A stretch of 39,307 nucleotides of DNA. Source: an uncultured Erysipelotrichaceae bacterium. GTDB taxonomy: Bacteria > Bacillota_I > Bacilli_A > RF39 > UBA660. The position numbers and the translations under genes are program-made. Below, piece by piece: positions 1 through 9,365 of this stretch (its first letter is position 1; every line of letters starts with the position of its first letter). The notes below the pieces were generated by a model. It saw only the letters and a list, made by a program, of their open reading frames with translations. It was not told the DNA's origin and did no database searches. Location: the NCBI GenBank assembly GCA_902784095.1, contig CACZTK010000042.1, forward strand, positions 1-39,307. Direction: 5' to 3'.

Positions 1-2
1 AA

Positions 3-254
3 AAAAATGAATTTATTGTTTATTGGTTACCTAAACTAGAAAAAAATAAGTATAATCTAATTAGATTTGAAACTATAGAAAACATTAATAAAGAGATGCC
101 ATTAGATATTAGTCCTAGACCTGATACTCTAATAAGAGTATTAATGGAGTTTAAATCAATGGATAAAAAAAATAATATAAAAAAACAGATATTAGACACT
201 CCATTAAGAGAAGGATTCACTGTAGTTGAATGGGGTGGAAGTGAAATTAAATAA
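3..254 (+). CDS. C-terminal fragment (about 83 aa) of a gene truncated by the window edge; function not recognised
   Basis: Frame 3 is open from the first bases to TAA 252-254 (...DTPLREGFTVVEWGGSEIK*). It has the same orientation as dnaI, which follows after a short AT-rich spacer. The tracked minus-strand ORF 20..268 is most likely its antisense shadow. Confidence 0.45.
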   Translation, partial: KNEFIVYWLPKLEKNKYNLIRFETIENINKEMPLDISPRPDTLIRVLMEFKSMDKKNNIKKQILDTPLREGFTVVEWGGSEIK

Positions 255-340
255 TAAAGAGTTATCAAAGTGATAATTCTTTTTGTTTATACTTGAAATA
301 ACAAAAAAATAATATTAAAATGGTTGTAGGTGGTGATTTT

Positions 341-1246
341 ATGGAAAATATAAATAAATATATAGATAAAGAAAAATCACTAGACTTAAAACATGCTTAT
401 ATGGATGCATATAGTAATAAAGAATTTAAAGAATTTATTGAAACGCTACCAATTGAAGAAGAGATTTTAATAAAATATACATCAAAATTAGAAGAGGCAT
501 CAGTAGAATATCATAATTGTAAAAAATGTAAGAATCTATCTTCATGCAAAAATAAAATATGTGGATATAGATATAGTCCAGAAAAAGAAGGAAAGATGAT
601 TAACTTTTCTTATATTATGTGCGATAAAAAAGTAAAAGAAGAAGAAAAAAATGAATACTTAAAAAATGTAGAGTTTTATGATGTAGCAGAGGAAATAAAA
701 AAAGCATCATTTAAGGACTTATACAAAGATGATGCAAATCGTGTACCAGTACTTAAATATATAACCGAATTTATCAAAAAATATACAAAAGGTGAGAAAG
801 TAAAAGGAATGTATTTAAATGGATCATTTGGTTCAGGTAAGACATACTTAATAGCGGCATTATTTAATGATTTAGCAAAAAAGAATATTCGCAGTGCAAT
901 TGTATATTATCCAGAATTTTTAAGAGATTTAAAAGCATCATTTAATAAAGACTATGAAGAAAAGTTTAATTATATTAAAAAAGTAGATTTATTACTATTA
1001 GATGATATAGGTGCAGAAAATGTAAGTAGTTTTAATAGAGATGAAGTATTAGGACCAATATTACAATATAGAATGGAAGAAAATTTACCAACTTTTTTTA
1101 CTTCTAATTTAACTTTGGAAGAATTAGAATCTAATTTATCTATAACATCATCGGGAGTAGATAAAGTTAAAGCAAGAAGAATAATAGAAAGAATAAAACA
1201 ACTAAGTGAAACAGTAGAATTAGTAAGTAAAAACAGGAGGAACTAA
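341..1246 (+). CDS. dnaI: Primosomal helicase loader DnaI (DnaC/DnaI AAA+ family)
   Basis: Walker A GSFGSGKTYL and Walker B LLLLDDIGAE. Cys-rich N-terminal module (CKKCKN..SC..C) typical of DnaI. Start moved from 320 to ATG 341 (MENINKY), which has the RBS AGGTGGTGA just upstream. Confidence 0.85.
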   Translation: MENINKYIDKEKSLDLKHAYMDAYSNKEFKEFIETLPIEEEILIKYTSKLEEASVEYHNCKKCKNLSSCKNKICGYRYSPEKEGKMINFSYIMCDKKVKEEEKNEYLKNVEFYDVAEEIKKASFKDLYKDDANRVPVLKYITEFIKKYTKGEKVKGMYLNGSFGSGKTYLIAALFNDLAKKNIRSAIVYYPEFLRDLKASFNKDYEEKFNYIKKVDLLLLDDIGAENVSSFNRDEVLGPILQYRMEENLPTFFTSNLTLEELESNLSITSSGVDKVKARRIIERIKQLSETVELVSKNRRN

Positions 1247-1248
1247 CT

Positions 1249-3216
1249 ATGGGAAAAAGTGAGAATGTTAGAAATAGAAGTGTACTAGAGACTTATTTTA
1301 AAAAAGGAGATAAAATCTCTAGAAAACATTTTGAACAACTATTCTTTACAGAGGATGGGGAGATTCTTGAAAAAGTACTTCTTACTTTTTTATATGAAGA
1401 AGTAGATAGTATAGTTTGTGTTCCAGATATTACATATTTATTTAAAGCATTTTTATACTTAGAGGTACTAGTTGAAAGATATCCTGAATTAGATAAAAAG
1501 AAAATAGGAAGAAAACTACGTAAAATAGTTGAAAAAATAGAAACTATAGAAGAAGAGAAAAAAGAAGAGTTTTATTCAAAGAAAAAAGTTTCTGATAAAA
1601 TAAAAAAACTAAAAGAACTAATATATGAACTAGAAGATAAAATAGAAGTAAAGAAAGATAATTACTATGAATTATTAGAATATTTTATATTTGAAGTTAA
1701 AAATATTAGTTATATAGAAAAAATATTTCAGACATTTGATCATGCTATCAGAGCAAAGAATACAAATGGTAATACTATATTCTATAGTGTAGTTGACAAA
1801 TATATGCAAACTATACTATCAGATGATGAAGAAAAAGGACAAGACATATTTTTCTATAAGAATGTTATTTCATATATGAAAAATATGAAAGGATTTAATT
1901 TAAGTAATATTGAGAAATCCAAACTATTACAAGATATATTTCATAATATCAATTTCTTAAATAAAAATGATGAACATTATGATGAAAAGAATGAATTGTT
2001 ACTAGAATTAAAAGAATTAATTAGAAATGAAAATGATAAGACATCTATTAAGAAAATAGCAAGTTATTATAATATAGAAATAGATTTTGAAGAAGAATTA
2101 CTTGAAGAACTAAGAATCTATGAATCAAAAAATCAAAAATATCCTAATAGAAAAGTAGTAGATGAATACATGGTTACAATTGATGGAAAATGTACATACG
2201 AAATAGATGATGGATTAACTGCTAAAGTATTAAAGAATGGAAATTATTTATTAGGAGTACATATTGCTAGTGTATTAGGATATCTTCCTTTTGAGTCAAT
2301 AGCAGTACAAAATGCAATATCTAGAGGAAGTAGTATTTATTTAGCTAAGAATGGTATATATAGTAGAGATGAAGAAGAAAGTAAAATAATTCCTATATTC
2401 CCATATGAGTTTTCTACTGATTATGCATCGTTAGTAGAAGGACAAGAAAGACTTGCTAATTCATATTTTTTTGAAATAGATAAACAAGGAAATATAGTAA
2501 ATGAAAAGTTTGAAAAGACAATTGTAAGAAGTAGAAGAAAATGCACATATCAAGAAGCTAATAACATAATAGATTATGGAAGTAAAAAAGAACCAGAGTT
2601 AGAAAGAACTTTACATATATTAACAGAAATAGCTTATACATTAGACAATAGATTTCATCCTTCAGAGATTTATCAAGCCTTAAAATCTCAATCAAATGAT
2701 CCTGCTAAAGTTATATTGGGTAATTCGGCTGCAGAACATATTGTTAATCAAGCAATGTTACTAACTGGTAATGAAGTAGGTAATTGGTATAAAGATGAAA
2801 AAAGAGATTACCCTTGTTTGTTAAGAGTGCATGAAATTAGTGATGAGGTTACAAGAGAATTACAAGAAGCAATTGATAATTTTAAAGTTAGCGTTGATAA
2901 AGAGAGATTTGATAGATTATATGAGTCACTAGCAGGAATATATCCAAAAGCATACTATGATTTGAAAGGAAGACATGATGGACTTAATTTTGATCATTAT
3001 TGTCATGCAACCTCACCAATTAGAAGAAGTGCAGATATATTACAAGAGTATACACTTGACACTTGTTATTTTAAAAAACCAACTGACAAAGAACTATATA
3101 ATTTAGAAAATGTATTAATAGAGAATAAGAATATAATTAATGCACAAAATAATGCTATAGACTATTTTTTAGATGATTGTAGATTTCAAAAAAGATTATT
3201 AAGAAAAGCAAAATAG
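1249..3216 (+). CDS. RNB-domain (RNase II/R family) exoribonuclease-like protein with an unrecognised N-terminal half
   Basis: C-terminal half has the RNB motif I-like TIDGKCTYEIDDGLTAKV..LGVHIASV and the signature HYCHATSPIRRSADILQ (compare HFTSPIRRYPDL). The start is 3 nt after the dnaI stop, with RBS AGGAGG inside the dnaI end. No cold-shock or S1 domain motifs were recognised. Confidence 0.7.
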   Translation: MGKSENVRNRSVLETYFKKGDKISRKHFEQLFFTEDGEILEKVLLTFLYEEVDSIVCVPDITYLFKAFLYLEVLVERYPELDKKKIGRKLRKIVEKIETIEEEKKEEFYSKKKVSDKIKKLKELIYELEDKIEVKKDNYYELLEYFIFEVKNISYIEKIFQTFDHAIRAKNTNGNTIFYSVVDKYMQTILSDDEEKGQDIFFYKNVISYMKNMKGFNLSNIEKSKLLQDIFHNINFLNKNDEHYDEKNELLLELKELIRNENDKTSIKKIASYYNIEIDFEEELLEELRIYESKNQKYPNRKVVDEYMVTIDGKCTYEIDDGLTAKVLKNGNYLLGVHIASVLGYLPFESIAVQNAISRGSSIYLAKNGIYSRDEEESKIIPIFPYEFSTDYASLVEGQERLANSYFFEIDKQGNIVNEKFEKTIVRSRRKCTYQEANNIIDYGSKKEPELERTLHILTEIAYTLDNRFHPSEIYQALKSQSNDPAKVILGNSAAEHIVNQAMLLTGNEVGNWYKDEKRDYPCLLRVHEISDEVTRELQEAIDNFKVSVDKERFDRLYESLAGIYPKAYYDLKGRHDGLNFDHYCHATSPIRRSADILQEYTLDTCYFKKPTDKELYNLENVLIENKNIINAQNNAIDYFLDDCRFQKRLLRKAK

Positions 3217-3256
3217 TGTAAAGTGTGTAAATTTAAGAAAAAAAATAAAAAAATAG

Positions 3257-3285
3257 TTGAATATTAGAAAAAGATAGGTTATTAT
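3257..3285 (+). promoter_or_regulatory. Sigma-A type promoter candidate for the 3312 gene
   Basis: TTGAAT (3257-3262), 17-nt spacer, TATTAT (3280-3285), about 27 nt upstream of ATG 3312. Confidence 0.45.
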
Positions 3286-3311
3286 AGATTTATAAGGTAG
3301 GTGAAAGAATA

Positions 3312-4055
3312 ATGGAACAAGAAAGAGTAGAAAAAAAGAAAGGCACAAATGGTAAAATTGTTGCATTAGCATTAGCATTAGTATTATTAATTGGAGGAAC
3401 ATACGCATGGTTGACTTTAAGTTTTAACGGAACTAAAAGAGTTAGAATTGAATCTGGACACTTAGCAATGGCTATTAAAGGTGAGTCAGATGGAATCAAT
3501 ATTAATCCAGCAGTACCAATAACAGAAAATGAAGGAAAGACACAAAATACTAAATATGAATTTACACTAGAAAATACAGGTAATATTTCGAGTGTATATA
3601 CAGTTTATTTAGATGATGTTGCTTTCAATGCGGAAACAGAATTTGCAATTGATAAGGGATATATCGGATATTTCTTAGAAAAAACTATTTATAATGGATC
3701 ATGTGATGACTCAGGTGTATGTACACCAACAGGCGATGCAGTGTCAACAACTACAAGAACAGGTAATATTGGTGAATTAATTAGCGGATCATATGTTGTA
3801 TTAGATACAAGTTCAGATTCTACAGCTTTAGGTGCAGATCAATATATTGAATACACTTTAAGACTATGGATTCGTGATACAGCTGGAACTAATGATTTAC
3901 AAAAAGTTGAAAATAATGTAACTAAATCTGGTGTATACTCTGCTAAAATTGGTGTAAAAGCTACTCAAATTGGTATCGAAGCTGATGATGCTTATGGTGA
4001 AACAACTACAAGAGAAGATACTTGGGTAAGACCAGAACCACCAGTTACTCCATAA
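3312..4055 (+). CDS. Secreted TasA/camelysin-like protein with SipW-type signal peptide (paralogue 1 of 4)
   Basis: N-terminus is a K-rich stretch, then a hydrophobic helix ending GGTYAWLT, then SGHLAMAIKGE (compare TasA GGGTWAAFND...SGTLDLSAKEN). It has an internal YEFTLENTGN..YTVYLDD and YTLRLWIRD, and a near-C-terminal SAKIGVKATQ (compare TasA ...FSFEATQ). These blocks are shared with ORFs 31880, 32552 and 33776. RBS AGGTAGGTGA. Confidence 0.6.
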   Translation: MEQERVEKKKGTNGKIVALALALVLLIGGTYAWLTLSFNGTKRVRIESGHLAMAIKGESDGININPAVPITENEGKTQNTKYEFTLENTGNISSVYTVYLDDVAFNAETEFAIDKGYIGYFLEKTIYNGSCDDSGVCTPTGDAVSTTTRTGNIGELISGSYVVLDTSSDSTALGADQYIEYTLRLWIRDTAGTNDLQKVENNVTKSGVYSAKIGVKATQIGIEADDAYGETTTREDTWVRPEPPVTP

Positions 4056-4067
4056 TATATAGATTAT

Positions 4068-4097
4068 AAAGCAAGATTTTATCTTGCTTTTTTATTT
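4068..4097 (+). terminator. Rho-independent terminator
   Basis: AAAGCAAGAT / ATCTTGCTTT stem with a TTT loop, followed by a T-run. Confidence 0.8.
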
Positions 4098-4119
4098 TGT
4101 ATATGATATTATTAGTTTG

Positions 4120-4324
4120 TAAAAACGAAGATTAAGGACACGATTAAATTAGTATCTTTTGAAGAGAGTTCATGGTTGGTGAGAATGAATAAAGAATAGT
4201 TTAGTTACTACCTTATTAGTTGAATTATTAAAAGTAATTCCGGTTTAGGCCGTTATCTAAATTAAGTTAAATACTGGATGGTATCGTGTTTAAACACTCC
4301 AATTATGGGGTGTTTTTTATTTTA
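4120..4324 (+). promoter_or_regulatory. T-box leader (threonine specifier) controlling thrS
   Basis: AGAGAG (4163-4168) and GGTGAGA (4178-4184) stem-I motifs. ACT-ACC Thr codons at 4207-4212 in the likely specifier region. F-box-like CCGTTA (4250-4255). T-box sequence CTGGATGGTATCGTG (4274-4288). Terminator AACACTCC/GGGGTGTT plus T-run (4293-4324) lies directly before the thrS RBS. Confidence 0.85.
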
Positions 4325-4337
4325 AAGGAGGATTAAA

Positions 4338-6095
4338 ATGATTAATATTAAAGAAAATGAAAAACTAAGTATCATGAATCATTCGTGTGCACATTTACTT
4401 GCACAAGCAGTAAAACATTTATATCCAAATGCTAAATTTTGGGTAGGACCAGTTATTGAAGAAGGATTTTATTATGATATTGATTTAGGTGATGATGTCA
4501 TTAGTGAAGAAGATTTACCAAAAATTGAGAAAGAAATGAAAAAACTCGCTAAAGATGGTAAAAGAATAGTAAGAGAAGAATTGAGTAAAGAAGAGGCATT
4601 AAAAAAATTCGGTGATGATCCATATAAAGTAGATTTAATTTCTAGAATGGATGAAGATAACACTATAATTAGTTGCTATACACAAGGTGATTTTACAGAT
4701 CTTTGTCGTGGACCACATGTTGAAACAACTAAAGAACTAAAACATTTTAAATTATTAAAGGTTTCTGGAGCATATTGGAAAGGTGATGCTAAGAACAAAA
4801 TGCTTCAAAGAATATATGGAATATGCTTTGAAAATGAAGAAGATTTAGCTAGACATTTAGAATATCTTGAAGAATGTAAACAAAGAGATCATCGTAAACT
4901 TGGAAAAGATTTAGGTATATTTATGTTTTCAGATTTAGTTGGAAAAGGTCTTCCAATGTGGTTACCTAATGGTTTCTTATTAAGAAGAAAACTATCTGAT
5001 TACATAATGGATAAAGAATTAAAACTAGGGTATAAACATGTTTTGACACCATCTTTAGGAAGTGTTGATTTATATAAAACATCTGGACATTGGGATCACT
5101 ATAAAGAAGATATGTTTCCAAAAATGGATTTAGATGATGAAGAATATGTACTAAGACCAATGAATTGTCCACATCATATGATGATGTTTAAGAATTCACT
5201 TCATTCATATAGAGATTTACCACTTCGTATTGCAGAAGTTGCTAATGACTTTAGATATGAATCAAGTGGATCATTATGTGGAATTGAACGTGCTAGAAGT
5301 TTTACTCAAAATGATTCACATATATTCTGTACTATGGATCAAATAAAAGATGAATTTGCTGGAGTAGTAAAATTAATACTTGATGTATATAAAGATTTTG
5401 GATTTGAAGATTATGAATTTAGATTATCCTTAAGAGATAAGAATGATAAAGAAAAATATTTTGATAATGATGAGATGTGGGAAAAAGCAGAATCTGAACT
5501 TAGAAAGGTACTTACTGATTTGAAATTACCATTTTATGAAGCAGAAGGTGAGGCTGCTTTCTACGGACCAAAACTTGACGTTCAAGTAAAGTCAGCAATA
5601 GGACATGATGTAACATTATCTACATGTCAACTAGACTTCTTGCTTCCTGAAAGATTTGAATTGACTTATGTATCAGAAACAGGAGAAAAAGTAAGACCAG
5701 TAGTTATTCATAGAGCAATATTAGGTTCACTTGATAGATTTATTGCATTCTTACTTGAAGAAACCAAAGGAGTATTACCATTATGGTTAGAACCTACTCA
5801 AGTAAAGGTTATACCAGTATCTAGTGAACACCAAGGAGAATATGCTAAAGAAGTAACTGATAAATTAATGGAAAAAGGAATAAAAGCAGTATTAGATGAT
5901 CGTAATGAAAAATTAGGTTATCGTCTAAGAGAAGCTCAAACAGAGAAAGTTAAATATACACTTATTCTTGGAGATAATGAAAAAGAAAGTAATACAATTA
6001 GCTATAGAATTCATGGAGAAAAAGAAACAACTACAGTAAGTGTAGAAGAGTTTATTGAAAAACTAACAAAAGAGATAGAAAACAAAGAAAAATAA
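4338..6095 (+). CDS. thrS: Threonine--tRNA ligase (ThrRS), short form lacking the N-terminal TGS domain
   Basis: Editing-domain motifs HSCAHLLAQA and DLCRGPH. Class II catalytic core (RPMNCPHH, FRYE, GIERARSFTQNDSHIF, FYGPKLD). Anticodon-binding C-terminus. RBS AAAGGAGG. Preceded by a Thr T-box. Confidence 0.95.
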   Translation: MINIKENEKLSIMNHSCAHLLAQAVKHLYPNAKFWVGPVIEEGFYYDIDLGDDVISEEDLPKIEKEMKKLAKDGKRIVREELSKEEALKKFGDDPYKVDLISRMDEDNTIISCYTQGDFTDLCRGPHVETTKELKHFKLLKVSGAYWKGDAKNKMLQRIYGICFENEEDLARHLEYLEECKQRDHRKLGKDLGIFMFSDLVGKGLPMWLPNGFLLRRKLSDYIMDKELKLGYKHVLTPSLGSVDLYKTSGHWDHYKEDMFPKMDLDDEEYVLRPMNCPHHMMMFKNSLHSYRDLPLRIAEVANDFRYESSGSLCGIERARSFTQNDSHIFCTMDQIKDEFAGVVKLILDVYKDFGFEDYEFRLSLRDKNDKEKYFDNDEMWEKAESELRKVLTDLKLPFYEAEGEAAFYGPKLDVQVKSAIGHDVTLSTCQLDFLLPERFELTYVSETGEKVRPVVIHRAILGSLDRFIAFLLEETKGVLPLWLEPTQVKVIPVSSEHQGEYAKEVTDKLMEKGIKAVLDDRNEKLGYRLREAQTEKVKYTLILGDNEKESNTISYRIHGEKETTTVSVEEFIEKLTKEIENKEK

Positions 6096-6108
6096 TCACT
6101 TGCAGACA

Positions 6109-6140
6109 AAGGAAATGGTTGAAACTGTTTCCTTTTTTTA
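6109..6140 (+). terminator. Rho-independent terminator after thrS
   Basis: AAGGAAATGGT / ACTGTTTCCTT stem (with G-U pairs) followed by TTTTTTT. Confidence 0.7.
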
Positions 6141-6164
6141 GTATAATTAAATAAGGTGAAGAGT

Positions 6165-9116
6165 ATGTACTTAAAAGAGATAGTAACGAGTGGTTTTAAA
6201 TCATTCGCAGATAAACTTAATATTAAATTAGAAGATAAGATTACATGTATTGTAGGACCTAATGGTTCAGGTAAAAGTAATGTAGTAGATGCAGTTAGAT
6301 GGGTACTTGGTGAACAATCAGTAAAATCACTTCGTGGTGATGGAACTATGTCTGATGTTATATTTTCAGGTAGTAAAAGTAGAAATCCTTTGAATGTAGC
6401 ATCTGTAGAATTAATATTTGATAATAGTGATCATTATTTAAATATACCTTATACAGATATTTCTATTAAAAGAAAAGTTTATCGTAGTGGAGAAAATGAA
6501 TACTATTTAAATGGAGAAAAGTGTAGATTAAAAGATATTTTAAATTTATTACTTGATAGTGGTATTGGTAAAGAGTCATTTAATATTATTTCACAAGGAG
6601 AAGTAGATAAAATACTTAGTAATTCTCCTATGGATAGACGTATTATTTTTGAAGAAGCAGCAGGAATACTAAAATATAAGAAAAGAAAAGAAGAAGCATT
6701 AAGAAAACTAGACCGTACGCATAATAATTTAGATAGAGTAAATGATATAATCTCAGAATTAGAAGTACAAATAGAACCTTTAAAAGAACAAAGTATTGAA
6801 GCTAAAAAGTATTTAGATGCAAAAGAAAAATTAACTAATTTAGAAGTAGCCGTTATTGCTCATGATTTAGAGTTTTTAAGTGAAGAAGTAGCTAAAAATA
6901 AAAAGATAAAAGAAAAATTAGATAGTGAAATTCTAAGTTTATCTAATGATACATCTTCATCTGATGCAGAGCAAATCAAAAATCAAAATGATTTAGAACA
7001 ATTAGAAAAAGAATTTGAAAATACTAATAAACAATTATTACAGATTACAGAAGAAGCAGAAAAGATAAATGGTGAAAAGAATCTATTAAAAGAACGAAAT
7101 AAGAGTAAAGATGATAATAAGGTTAATGATAGATTAAGACAAATTCTTGAAGAAAAGGGTAATTTATTAAAAAATATAGAACTATTAAAAATAAATAGTG
7201 AAGAAAGTAATAATAGTATAAATAGTATTGAAAAAGAATTAGTGAAGTTAAAAGCCAATTATGAAAAACTAGCTAATGAAAAGAATATGGAACAATTAGA
7301 ATATTCAAGAATAGATAGAGAAATAGTTAATTTAAAACATAGTATTGATTCTTTGCAATTAGAAATAGAAAATGGTGGGTCTATTCCATCTAGTGTAAAA
7401 GAAGTATTAAAGAGTACTGAACTTACAGGTATTTATGATATTATTGGAAATATTATTGATATTGATGAAGAATATACTAAGGCATTAGAAATAGCTATTT
7501 CTTCATCAAAGAATTTTATTATTACAAAGGATGAATCATCAGCTATTAATGCAGTTAATTACCTAAAAGATAATAAATTAGGAAGAGCAACTTTCTTCCC
7601 ATTAACGGTTATTAAAGAGCGTTACGTTGATGGAATCACTTTAAAAAATATAGAATCTTCATCTGATTTTTTAGGAGTACTTTCTGATTTAGTAAAGTAT
7701 GATTCTAAGTATAAGAATATTATTTATAATCAATTAGGTACAGTATTAGTATCACAAAATGTAGAAAGTGCTAACAGACTTAGTAAATTGTGTTCTAATA
7801 AATATAAGGTTGTTACTTTAGATGGTGATGTAATACATGTAGGTGGATCTATTTCTGGTGGATCTATGTATAAGTCTAAAAGTATTGTATCTTTAAAATA
7901 TGATATTCTTCATAAAGAAAATAAATTAAAAGAATATAATAAAGAATTAATAGAAAAAGAAAATAAAATAGATAGTATTACAAAAACACTTGAGAAACAA
8001 AATGAAGAATATATTAATATTTCTAGAAAAAAAGTTGTAGAAAAGGAAAAGAAAGATAATTATAATAATGAATTGAATATAATTCTTGAAAAGATAGAAC
8101 AATTAGAAAAAGAATTAACTTCTTATAAGAGTTTACAAGATAATACTTTTAGTGACTTAGAAGAAAAATTAATTAATGACTATAATGAGAAAATAACATT
8201 AAAAGAAAAATTATTATTATCAGCTAAGAATATTAATAAAAAAATTGAGGAATTAAAAGATAAAATAGATAAATCTTTAGCAGATGATAAGTTAAAGAAT
8301 GCTACATTAAGAACAAAAGAAAAAGAAGCAAAAGATATAGAAATAGCAATTACTAGAAGTGAAGTTAAAATGGATAATATGTTAGGTATTTTAAATGAAG
8401 ATTATTCACTTACTTATGAAAAAGCAAAAGCTGATTATTCTTTAGATATTGATGTAGATGAAGCAAGAAGTGAAGTTAATAAGTATAAGGGTATTTTAAA
8501 GAAATTAGGAATGGTTAATCTAGCAGCTATAGAAGAATATGATAGGGTTAATACTAGATATCAATTCTTAACTAATCAAAAAGATGATTTATTAAAAGCA
8601 GAAGATACTTTACTTGATATTATGAATGAAATGGATGCAGTTATGAAAGAAGAATTTGCTAATACCTTTGAAAAAATAAGAGTAGAGTTTAAAAATGTAT
8701 TTAAGGAATTATTTGGTGGAGGTAATGCAGATTTAAAACTTACTAATCCAGATGATTTATTAACAACAGGAGTAGAGATAGTAGCATCTCCTCCAGGTAA
8801 AAAGTTATCTACTATTTCACTACTATCAGGTGGAGAAAAAACATTTACAGCTATTAGTTTATTATTTGCTATATTAAATGTAAAAACAGTTCCGTTCTGT
8901 ATATTTGATGAAGTAGAAGCAGCACTTGATGAAGCAAATGTAGAGGCATTTGGTAAATATTTAAATCATTACAAAGATAAAACACAATTCTTAATTATTA
9001 CACATAAAAAGAAAACTATGGAATTTGCAGACACTTTATATGGTATAACAATGCAAGAATCAGGAGTTTCTAAACTTGTAAGTGTAAAATTAAATGATAA
9101 AATTGATGTACTATAA
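6165..9116 (+). CDS. smc: Chromosome partition protein Smc
   Basis: Canonical N-terminus MYLKEIV.SGFKSF, Walker A GPNGSGKSN, long coiled coils, hinge region, C-terminal signature LSGGEKT and Walker B FCIFDEVEAALD. ATG 6165 is preferred over GTG 6156 because AGGTGA lies 5 nt upstream. Confidence 0.95.
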   Translation: MYLKEIVTSGFKSFADKLNIKLEDKITCIVGPNGSGKSNVVDAVRWVLGEQSVKSLRGDGTMSDVIFSGSKSRNPLNVASVELIFDNSDHYLNIPYTDISIKRKVYRSGENEYYLNGEKCRLKDILNLLLDSGIGKESFNIISQGEVDKILSNSPMDRRIIFEEAAGILKYKKRKEEALRKLDRTHNNLDRVNDIISELEVQIEPLKEQSIEAKKYLDAKEKLTNLEVAVIAHDLEFLSEEVAKNKKIKEKLDSEILSLSNDTSSSDAEQIKNQNDLEQLEKEFENTNKQLLQITEEAEKINGEKNLLKERNKSKDDNKVNDRLRQILEEKGNLLKNIELLKINSEESNNSINSIEKELVKLKANYEKLANEKNMEQLEYSRIDREIVNLKHSIDSLQLEIENGGSIPSSVKEVLKSTELTGIYDIIGNIIDIDEEYTKALEIAISSSKNFIITKDESSAINAVNYLKDNKLGRATFFPLTVIKERYVDGITLKNIESSSDFLGVLSDLVKYDSKYKNIIYNQLGTVLVSQNVESANRLSKLCSNKYKVVTLDGDVIHVGGSISGGSMYKSKSIVSLKYDILHKENKLKEYNKELIEKENKIDSITKTLEKQNEEYINISRKKVVEKEKKDNYNNELNIILEKIEQLEKELTSYKSLQDNTFSDLEEKLINDYNEKITLKEKLLLSAKNINKKIEELKDKIDKSLADDKLKNATLRTKEKEAKDIEIAITRSEVKMDNMLGILNEDYSLTYEKAKADYSLDIDVDEARSEVNKYKGILKKLGMVNLAAIEEYDRVNTRYQFLTNQKDDLLKAEDTLLDIMNEMDAVMKEEFANTFEKIRVEFKNVFKELFGGGNADLKLTNPDDLLTTGVEIVASPPGKKLSTISLLSGGEKTFTAISLLFAILNVKTVPFCIFDEVEAALDEANVEAFGKYLNHYKDKTQFLIITHKKKTMEFADTLYGITMQESGVSKLVSVKLNDKIDVL

Positions 9117-9146
9117 AAGAAAGCTTAATTGCTTTCTTTTTTTCCT
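9116..9146. terminator. Bidirectional terminator between convergent smc and sspI
   Basis: AAAGAAAGC / GCTTTCTTT stem with a TTAATT loop, A-run on one side and T-run on the other. It overlaps the sspI stop. Confidence 0.7.
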
Positions 9147-9346
9147 TCATTTACTCTTTGTTTAATTGTTTCTAGCATCTTATTTTTTAATTCTTGATCT
9201 GCACCTTGCCATACTATTTCAAAAAATACACCCATACCAGGTAATGTCACTTCATCATTTGATTCAATAGATTCGTTAATAGCATTCTGTAGTTCATCAT
9301 AATCATCACCTTCAAAATTATTAATAATATATTCTCTAATATTCAT
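9125..9346 (-). CDS. sspI: Small acid-soluble spore protein SspI family
   Basis: 73 aa with the family core LPGMGVFFEIVWQGADQELKNKMLETI (compare B. subtilis SspI LPGLGVLFE.IWQ...ML.TL). RBS AAGGAGA upstream on the minus strand. Confidence 0.75.
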   Translation of the reverse strand: MNIREYIINNFEGDDYDELQNAINESIESNDEVTLPGMGVFFEIVWQGADQELKNKMLETIKQRVNEGKKESN

Positions 9347-9365
9347 ATTTTCATCTCCTTAATTT

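Noticed and set aside
20-268. 82-aa minus-strand ORF at the window start
   Set aside because: It is antisense to an open + strand frame that runs to a stop at 252-254 and fits the dnaI operon orientation. Its Leu/Ile/Ser/Phe-rich composition is typical of antisense shadows in AT-rich DNA.
3199-3499. Two 69-aa minus-strand ORFs (3199..3408, 3290..3499)
   Set aside because: They overlap the promoter, RBS and signal-peptide region of the well-supported + strand gene at 3312. They have no RBS, and their sequence is a low-complexity hydrophobic translation of AT-rich antisense.
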